Below are positions 56,367 to 64,000 of a stretch of DNA of 64,000 nt, piece after piece (positions within the stretch are counted from its first letter, which is position 1; every line of letters starts with the position of its first letter). Source of the stretch: Setoptus koraiensis (lineage: Eukaryota; Animalia; Arthropoda); assembly GCA_048013815.1 (NCBI GenBank), contig CM106585.1, positions 1,612,001-1,676,000 of the forward strand, in the 5' to 3' direction. The position numbers were made by a program, and so were the translations under genes. Under the pieces are notes generated by a model. That model was not told the origin of the DNA, ran no database searches, and worked only from the letters and a program-made list of their open reading frames with translations.

Positions 56367-58498
56367 GATTTAATAATAATAATAACAACAAAAATAATAA
56401 TAATTTAAAAGTATAGTACACATAGTAGTAGTAGTAGTGATAGTAGTTGTAGTGATAGTAGTAGTTGATGGGCGATGATGATGTATGATAATGTTATATT
56501 TCTAATCTCAATGTTACACTCACGGTCATATAAAGATTTGGACAAAGGGGATGAAACTTGTTTCCGCACAGGAAACATCACACTAGTCATTATTGTGTGG
56601 CCAATGTATGGGGTGGTCAACATCTACTGAGCTGAAGCATGCACATGACGGCACAGATTCATCTCACTGGGCACGGTGGTTGTACTTATTCTCATAGGTA
56701 AATAAGTTTACAACGAGTCGGCACAGCAACTAAGAAATCTGCGCTCATGCTCGCTCACTGCAGCACTCACAGCAGCAGCAGCATCATCATCATCATCATC
56801 ACTACCACCATCATCATCTGTAGGCTAACGAAATTCGAGAGGATGGGGGATGATGATGATGATGATGATGATCTTCCTATAATTGAACTTTACTACACAC
56901 TAACGAATCTTTTTTTTCTCATGTTCATATGATTGAGTCTGTGTGTTTGTACTAAGCGTACAAATATCTGGCGCGTGCGTCTACTTGTTGCTCTCTGCAT
57001 GATGATCAATGTTGCACTGGTGTGCTTCGTATAAATCCCCGCCACAACAGTAAAAAACCCCGCAAAAGACGTTTTCAATTTTGCAATGCGAGTTTTCCAT
57101 CAGTTGGCGCTCTCTACTCCATTATTTCAAACATGGCAAATTCTCTCATCAACTTGCCAGTAATTCTCTAACAACTAGATCAGTATTATGTAGAGTCCAG
57201 GTAGAACAATTTTTTTCAGTGCCAATGCCGAAACATAATTGCTTACGGGAGCTTCCATGCATGTGAATATTGCCCATGGTTGCCATATTTTGCCTTCTTT
57301 CGTCTAGGGTGGCCACACATCGTCTAGAATGGAAAAAAATATCCGTCTTGTCAGATAAAGTCCCCTGTCAGAGGATTGTGTTTCAGGGAATCGTGCCACT
57401 CCCAAAGCGTAAGCGCATTGCACTGCGGTTAACTCCTTTCCCCTTATTCAAGTTCAATTCGATCTGCTTGTAAGCCGCATCATTACAGAATGATTTTGAT
57501 AGAATCATCCTCGCTTGCTGATGCTGTGAATGATAAAAAAAGAAGAAGAAACACAACAACAGGCTGTAGCAAGTTGGAACTTCTGACACACAGATTTGAG
57601 TTTCAGGCTCAAAAAACAGACTATACCATTGTAATACAATGATTGTATATGAACCGAAGGTAGCTCAAATCTGTTTAACAGAGGCCATCGCTGCTGCTGC
57701 GTGTTTGTCATTCGACACTTCAAAACAATGCATAGTCGAGACAACCTGACGTGCCAGCTTTCTATATTTGAGTAGTTGTGTCGGGCTTAAATTGTGAGAT
57801 ACTAAACACATAAGAAAGGATTGATAATGGTGTTCACAGTGTGTTCAGATTACAATCGATGCCGTAATAGCAATGCCATGAATGACATTTGATGCTAATT
57901 ATATCTACATGTATATTTACACCATTATTCCATATATTAGCGCAATTTTTGAATCGATCTGACTACCTGTGGGAGATGTTGCGCACGGGGAGTGTGACAA
58001 GATCTTTCTTTTCGGAGAGAAAAAATTATTCTGTTACCCACCATTTGCTGCAATTGTACACCCGAAGCACCAATCCCTAGTACGTGCAAAAATAATGAAG
58101 ATGAGCATGCAACTTCCCTTGAGGGCAGACGAGAAAATCGGGTGTAAATAATTAGTTGATCAATTCTAAGGATAGAGAAACAACAAAATCAATTAGCACT
58201 TTATGGATAAGCTGGATTATATATCTATGATGGCCGAATCTACCAAGCCAATATACATTTTACAGAGCAATGCATCTCATCGAAATGAATGAACAAAATA
58301 CAACCTGCCCATTAAGTATTGGTGACCATCTCAGTGTTTTTCCCATTCGAAAATTGATTAGTCTTTTGATCTCGCCCGATATCCCGCGTACTCCCGTAGG
58401 AGGGGAGGTTTTTCCGATCTCCTATCGCGGACTGGGAGTGTCTTCCCGGCGCACACAACGGGAGCTCTATTCACATCACATTGGCAACATTCACAAAG

Positions 58499-58644
58499 GT
58501 ACGTCTCATGTACCATTGACTCGCGATTTGCAATCAACAATTTCTGTATATATTATTTGTCATTATTACTATTGTACCATCAATTCCGTCGTCCATATCA
58601 TTACTTTACTTATCCATACATATTTTTATATATATTCCTCAAAG
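58499..58644 (+). other. KLHL20: Putative 146-bp 5'-UTR intron of KLHL20
   Basis: CAAAG|GTACGT donor; pyrimidine-rich AT interior ending TTCCTCAAAG| directly before the ATG at 58645. An AAG acceptor is weaker than YAG. Confidence 0.45.
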
Positions 58645-60335
58645 ATGAGTCAAAATGAATCTGATTTACAAGGCAATTTACCTGCCGTTGCCTACGAGCA
58701 AGATTATTTTCGAGAATGTTTCAAACGCATGAATGACTTACGTTTGAAAGACACAGGTGAAAAAATGTGCGATGTAAATATTATTGTTGGACAAAAAAGA
58801 TTTCTCGCTCACAGGATAATATTAGCAGGATGTTCGCCTTATTTTGCAGCAATGTTTACAAATGATGTGAAGGAATCTCTAGTGAGAGATATCGAATTGC
58901 ATGATGTCGACGAAGAAGCTATAGAATTGATTATCGAATTTGCCTACACTGCCCAGCTCGCCATCACTGATTCAAATGTTCAAGCACTACTGGCTACTGC
59001 CTCTTTACTACAGATCTCAAAAATACAAATCTCTTGTTGTAACTATATCAAAAAACAATTGGATGCTATGAACTGTCTAGGAATCAGTTACATAGCCGAT
59101 AAATACTCATGCAGAGACTTATTAGAAGCTGCCAGAGACTACGCACGAAATTTCTTTGAAGAAGTGACTAAACATGAAGAGTTCCTCCGTCTGAGCAAAG
59201 ATCAGCTTATAAGTTGGATTCAGGATGACTTAATTAATGTTTCCTGTGAGGAAAAAGTATATGAGGCAGTCATGAACTGGGTAGATTATCTATCAATTGA
59301 GAACACAGAAGCATACAGAGAATTAGATCTGGCCGATTTACTACAGCATGTCAGATTTGCTCGAATGGATCCTCACTACCTTGTGCCTGTACATAGCAAT
59401 CCCCGGATAGAAGCAAACAAAAAATGCAGGGATCTAGTCGATCAAGCCAAAAATTATCTTTTATTGCCAGATTGTAGAGAAGACATGGAGAGTCAGGAGG
59501 GTCCAAATTCCAATCGATTCAAGCCTCGCAAGTGCTTCCCATCATTTGTTTTATATGCAGTAGGAGGGTGGGTCAGCGGCGACGCTATTGCGTCCGTAGA
59601 AAGATACGATCCGGAATCAAACACATGGGCCGTCATGAGTCCAATGAAGAAACCTCGATGCGGTGTTGGCGTCGCTGTCTTGAACAATGTCCTATATGCA
59701 GTGGGGGGCCATGACGGCGAGGCTTACCTCAACAGCATCGAGTGTTACCATCATCGCGAAGGTATCTGGAAAACTGATGACGTGCCACCACTCAAATCAA
59801 CTCGAACAAGTGTCGGAGTTGCTACCCATGATGGTTACTTATTCGTGATTGGAGGCCAAGAGAGCCAATACAGTTTAGATTTAGTCGACAAATACAATCC
59901 AAAAACCAAAGGCTGGGAGAAATGTGCACCCCTCAATAACAAAAGACTAGGAGCAGGAGTCGCGGTCCTCAATAATTATATTTACGCTGTTGGAGGGGCG
60001 GATAAAAATGCCTCAACTAACACTGTTGAACGTTATGACTCCAATTTGGACCAATGGCAATTTGTGGCCTCTATGAAGAAAAAGAGAAAGCACCTTGGAT
60101 GTACAGCATATAACGGTTACATATATGCGGTCGGAGGGAGGGATGACCACATTGAACTAGATTGCGCCGAAAGGTACGATCCCCGCAAAGACATTTGGGA
60201 ACCAATACCATCCATGACAACTCGCAGATCAGGCGTAGGTTCGGCCGTCATAAATGGACTTTTGTACGCGGTTGGTGGCTTCGACGGAAATAATTACTTA
60301 AAAACCGTCGAAGTTTACGACCCAGTGAAGAGACT
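58645..60335 (+). CDS. KLHL20: Kelch-like protein 20 / diablo, main coding exon (BTB-BACK-kelch repeats)
   Basis: CDV.IIVG..RFLAHRIILAGCSPYF.AMFT (BTB), BACK region, DQAKNYLLLP, then VGGWVSGDAIASVERYDP, RCGVGVAVL, RKHLGC..Y..IYAVGGRDD, RRSGVG..V.NG.LYAVGGFDG..YLKT.EV, matching KLHL20. Start placed at MSQNES (58645); homology begins after it. Confidence 0.94.
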
Positions 60336-60437
60336 GTAAGTATGAAGTAATCTAGCATTTGTTCTGAAATTTGTATGATTACTCGTGATATTATTAACCA
60401 TAATTGATTGTGAATTTCTTGACTTCAATTATTACAG
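60336..60437 (+). other. KLHL20: KLHL20 intron, 102 bp, phase 2
   Basis: CT|GTAAGT ... TTCAATTATTACAG|A; splicing restores the missing end of the last kelch repeat. Confidence 0.92.
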
Positions 60438-60501
60438 ATGGTCACCTTGTGCTCAGATGTCATACAGACGTCTCGGAGGAGGAGTAGCTATCATGAAATA
60501 A
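60438..60501 (+). CDS. KLHL20: KLHL20 last coding exon (not in the ORF track)
   Basis: Encodes (L)WSPCAQMSYRRLGGGVAIMK*, matching the KLHL20 C-terminal W....M.YRRLGGGV motif. Confidence 0.93.
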
Positions 60502-60849
60502 CTAACCCGTTTATTAATATGAAATCATTAAATAACAAGTATGGTATTACCCTTGCTTCATCGTCAAAAAAATTGGATGGGTTCATTTTGAAAGGCATGC
60601 TCAATTTATAACAAGCACATATTGTATCCAGAATGAATCCAACTTGATGCTAGTGTTAGTTGTGATGATGTTGTTGCTGGTAAAGCTTTTTTACTGGACA
60701 TTTGTTGCCAGAGACGATGCCGAGTATGACATCTGTAAACGATATAGCTTTGGTTGTATTTGATAGGCACGATGGTGCCGCATGTAGTAATATCTGAAAC
60801 TTGTTGTGTGATAGTGGTCACAAGGCATATGTGCTTGCCGATATTCAAC

Positions 60850-61812
60850 TCAGTGGTTACATAAATTCAATTCATACCGATCTATTAGGTGATACCAGAA
60901 TCTTGTTAGACAATATAATAGGATCTGGTGAATAGTTATTGATGTTAGAACGGTTATGGCTGCCTTAGTTCGCGAAATTGATCTGATGCTGACATAACAA
61001 CATTGTGTAAGACTTATGAAATGAAATACTTGTATCAGTAGATCTATTGTTGACATCAGTTCGCCGCCCCATAATATGTTTGGCAAGGTAAATAGTTTTC
61101 CATATGAGCAAATGATATAATCAGGTAAGCGCTCCATGAAATCAAGTTGTTTCTTGTATGAAAAAAGGTTTAATCTTGTAAGAATTTTCAATGTGATGAA
61201 CAATATAAAAAAGAGCATAAAATTTGTCATGACAGTACTGGCAAATGCAACATAAAAGCTTAACTCTAGATCTAAATAAGACTCCTCATCTGTGTATTGT
61301 GTCGTGTTTTTGCTCTCGTTGCTTATGTTATTACCAGATAAAACTTTCAGTGTGTTGGCCCATCTTTTATGGGCATCACATAGACTCAACAAGACGAGTA
61401 TTTTCATTGAGGCCTTGAAATTAATAGTACAATTGAGTAGTATGTGCCGGTAGAAGCTAGTTTTTTGTAATACTGCATCCAAGAACAATATACAGTAGTC
61501 GAGCTGAATATACTCGTCCACCAACTGATTACATTTAAGACACTGTGTCAATCTAAGATGTTTGCCTTGTATTTTGTCTGACGAGTTTGTTGTATCGATA
61601 GGTTCGAATGATTTTTTCAGGTGTTGGCTTGTTTGATTGGTTGGCATCATGGTCCTGGGTGGCGTCGAAATGGAGCTACCGGCCTCACTGTGTAAAACAT
61701 TGTTGACGCTTCCTGTCTTGCGATGGCCATTGTAATAACGGCATATGCTGTTATTTTGAGAATAGGCACAATGAATACAATGATAAGGTGGATTGGCGTT
61801 GAGTTGAAACAT
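60850..61812 (-). CDS. ARV1: Protein ARV1 (ER lipid/sterol homeostasis), intronless
   Basis: ARV1 homology domain: Y.CIHC ... LRLTQCLKCNQLVDEYIQLD..ILFLDAVLQK.SFYRHILLN, followed by several hydrophobic segments. Confidence 0.88.
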   Translation of the reverse strand: MFQLNANPPYHCIHCAYSQNNSICRYYNGHRKTGSVNNVLHSEAGSSISTPPRTMMPTNQTSQHLKKSFEPIDTTNSSDKIQGKHLRLTQCLKCNQLVDEYIQLDYCILFLDAVLQKTSFYRHILLNCTINFKASMKILVLLSLCDAHKRWANTLKVLSGNNISNESKNTTQYTDEESYLDLELSFYVAFASTVMTNFMLFFILFITLKILTRLNLFSYKKQLDFMERLPDYIICSYGKLFTLPNILWGGELMSTIDLLIQVFHFISLTQCCYVSIRSISRTKAAITVLTSITIHQILLYCLTRFWYHLIDRYELNLCNH

Positions 61813-62381
61813 TTCTCACTGCATTCCCAGAGGAACCTCAAACAACAATAATTTTTCAAGTGACCAGTGCGATCGAATAGAACAGAGGGTCCATTATAAT
61901 AGAAACCTCGTGAGTGACATATTATTGAATTGAGTGACCTCTACGGTGGCTGAAAACAGAGAAGATTCTTTTGGGTTTGAGTTGGGGAATGGAATAAAAC
62001 AGGAGGTTTATTTCCTTTTATGTGGCAATATATCCAATAAAGATACGCCTTGTGCTTGCATGATGCTTTTCGTTCATTCACACTAATGCACACGAGCATC
62101 ATGCTGCTCATGTTTGAACATATGACTTTTGTTGGGCAAAACAAATCAACATTGCAAACAACACATTAGAATTGTCCTCATTTCATCATGATAGCCCATA
62201 TATCATCATCGGTATATCATTGGACTCAGATTATTATGATGATGACAGGAAATTTCAATCTTATTTAGAATGGCTGATGTCTCTTCAGAAAACCTCCAAA
62301 ATCATAAACAGTATCGATAATTAGATTAATACGGATTGAATCAATTGGTCACTAAAAAATCATTAATACTATCAGTCAATC

Positions 62382-62699
62382 ATGACCCAACCGAAGACTG
62401 TGTCCCTAACTACTTCCGTCTTAGAAGCTTGTGCAGACCAGACAGTCTCCGTGATAACAGCCGACGGAAGAATACTAGTTGGATGCTTGAAAGGTTTTGA
62501 CCATGCCACAAATGTCATATTAGATGATTGTCATGAGCGGGTCTACTCAATGGATCAGCCCGTGGAAAAACAGAGACTGGGTCTTTATATCATTCGAGGA
62601 GAAAACATAGCTGTTATCAGTGAAATAGACACTAATATAGATAGAAACTTGGATCTAGAGAATTGTCGGGCGCCTCCTCTGAAACCCGTGAAGCATTGA
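62382..62699 (+). CDS. LSM8: U6 snRNA-associated Sm-like protein LSm8, intronless
   Basis: TVSVITADGRILVG.LKGFD..TNVILD..HERVYS...LGLYIIRG.NIAVI.EID..D..LDL.N.RA.PL..V.H matches LSm8 end to end; CAATC-ATG context. Confidence 0.93.
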   Translation: MTQPKTVSLTTSVLEACADQTVSVITADGRILVGCLKGFDHATNVILDDCHERVYSMDQPVEKQRLGLYIIRGENIAVISEIDTNIDRNLDLENCRAPPLKPVKH

Positions 62700-63019
62700 A
62701 ATGTTCTATTGGTCATATCTACTAAAGCTGCGGCACCGACAAAACCTAGAGAATTCCAACAACCGACACACACTTAAACAACTGGCACTAAAAGAAGTTC
62801 CAGAAATCAAAACATATATCACTTGTATATTATCAATCTAATAAAGTTTACATTAAAAACATCCTTGTATTATTAAGAAAATGTCACACCTATACAGATA
62901 CAACATAGGTCCTTTAGAATCTACTCGATCTGTACTATTGTGCTCTAGTCAATCAGTGAAGTGTAAATGTTTGTTTTTTGGCCTTATGGTAAAATTGATT
63001 GTTGCATGGACGTTGATCT

Positions 63020-63175
63020 TCAAAAATCTGCATCAAGAGTAAATTTCATATCATCCGATGTGTTGGTCATAACGGCATTACTATTCTGATATGAGACTTT
63101 GGCGTCGTGCATGATTTTATCCTTGCTCTCAGAGGCATCGTCCAAGAAATCGAATGGATTTTCTTTATTGTAAAA
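63020..63175 (-). CDS. RRM2: RNR small-subunit homolog, last exon (not in the ORF track)
   Basis: After TTTCACAG| encodes FYNKENPFDFLDDASESKDKIMHDAKVSYQNSNAVMTNTSDDMKFTLDADF*; ENPFDF and FTLDADF are R2 hallmarks. Confidence 0.92.
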   Translation of the reverse strand, partial: FYNKENPFDFLDDASESKDKIMHDAKVSYQNSNAVMTNTSDDMKFTLDADF

Positions 63176-63284
63176 CTGTGAAATTGAATATAAATAGAAA
63201 GGATATTAGTTGAGGACTGACACACATTGCATCAATTATTTGTTTGGAAGAAATCATTAAAAGTTTCATAGTCTATTAGCTTAC
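63176..63284 (-). other. RRM2: RRM2-like intron, 109 bp, phase 0
   Basis: AAG|GTAAGC donor; ACTAAT branch-like motif, pyrimidine tract and CACAG acceptor. Confidence 0.92.
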
Positions 63285-64000
63285 CTTTGAGTAGCCGAGA
63301 TCAACGAGCAGACGATCGGCAGCAAATTCTATATATTGTCTCATGAGGACACAATTGATACCAATGATGCTTACTGGCAATGTTTTAGTCATGAACATAG
63401 AGGCCATACTGGTTATTTCTTGTACAATTTCATGTGCTCTATCCTCGCTAAGTTCGTCCTCCACATATTTATAGAGCAAACAAGAGAAACTACAATTCAA
63501 TTGCTCATCCCTACTAATGAGATCGTTGCTTGAGTATAGCCCTGGCATTAAGCCTTCACGCTTAACCTTGAGCCAACCAATAGTGGCAAATGGGCCAGCT
63601 AATAGAATCCCTTGGAGGCACGCGAAGGACAGCAGTCTTTCGGCAAATGTTTTGCTTTCCATAGTTGTAGATTTAATCGCCCATTTTAAGATATCCCTCA
63701 TGTTTGGCATGTTTAAAGTGTCAACAATAAGCTGATCCCTCTTTTGGACATTGTCCCCAAGTAGCTCGTCTATGACCATAGAGTACATCACTCTGTGTGT
63801 CTTTTTAACGTCTGCTTGCGATCCAAAGAAGTATGTGGCCTCTTTGATTTCAGTTTTGTTTATAAATTTCATAAATAATTCCTTGTTGATGACGGTCTGA
63901 TGATAAGTAAATAGAAAGCCCAGCAATTTCAATAGGAACTCTCTCTCATCTACAGTAAATTTACTTCCAAAATCCACGCTGTCCTTGGAAAGGTATACAT
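63285..64000 (-). CDS. RRM2: Ribonucleotide reductase small subunit (R2/beta) homolog, 5'-partial, predicted metal-site deficient
   Basis: The frame is open to the window edge (..VYLSKDSVDFGSK..). WLK..GLMPGL.SNDLISRDE, LPV..IG.NC.LM.QYIEF.ADRL..LGYSK are unmistakable R2 motifs, but several iron ligands are substituted (see findings). Confidence 0.93.

Noticed and set aside
56950-58260. Short ORFs between myosin and KLHL20 as a small gene or pseudogene
   Set aside because: All frames are interrupted within about 80 codons and nothing is recognisable; a BLASTX would be needed to exclude a decayed gene.
58375-58475. RNase MRP or HDV-like ribozyme call for the GC-rich island
   Set aside because: ACACAACGGGAGCTC resembles MRP CR-V, but there is no GAAAGUCCCC-type CR-I upstream. 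The pseudoknot order lacks the P4 and catalytic-C linker of HDV-like ribozymes. Kept only as an unnamed structured element.
58270-58644. 125-codon N-terminal extension of the KLHL20 ORF
   Set aside because: No BTB-kelch homology; the distal part looks like an AT-rich intron (GT at 58499, AG at 58644). ATG 58645 fits the family better.
60336-60339. Apparent truncation of KLHL20 at ..VKRL*
   Set aside because: The stop lies in a GTAAGT donor; a 64-bp downstream exon completes the protein.
62382-62699. LSM1 instead of LSM8 (RGEN in the Sm2 motif)
   Set aside because: The rest of the sequence, including the C-terminal LDL.N.RA.PL..V.H, is LSm8-specific.
63276-63284. Apparent truncation of R2 at ..YSKVS*
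   Set aside because: The stop is intronic; the last exon (63175-63020) supplies ENPFDF...FTLDADF.

Overview
Eukaryotic (arthropod) genomic DNA. The gene set and the combination of intron-poor housekeeping genes with a huge intron suggest a streamlined mite genome such as an eriophyoid; this is inference only. The window has two very different parts. (1) 1-50.8 kb: the 5' part of a minus-strand metabotropic glutamate receptor gene (DmGluRA/group-II-like). Coding exon 1 (50785-50443) joins exon 2 (4885-4536) in frame across a 45,557-bp intron filled with microsatellites, 8-24-bp tandem arrays and short palindromes; the gene continues off the left edge. (2) 50.8-64 kb: a dense, nearly intronless block: non-muscle myosin II heavy chain (one 1836-codon ORF), KLHL20/diablo, ARV1, LSM8 and a ribonucleotide reductase small-subunit (R2) homolog cut by the right edge. 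Main oddities: (a) the R2 homolog has an intact frame and a perfect FTLDADF R1-docking tail, but has lost 4 of 6 di-iron ligands, making it a candidate animal counterpart of the yeast Rnr4 pseudo-subunit; (b) the myosin II has an intact motor but lacks the distal rod with the assembly-competence region, replaced by a 73-aa polyQ tail, and it stops 70 bp before the mGluR ATG; (c) the giant intron ends in an acceptor with no polypyrimidine tract and contains candidate recursive (AG|GT) splice points and many inverted microsatellite pairs. The hundreds of short ORFs in the intron are treated as low-complexity noise. No rRNA, tRNA, CRISPR or recognisable transposase was seen.
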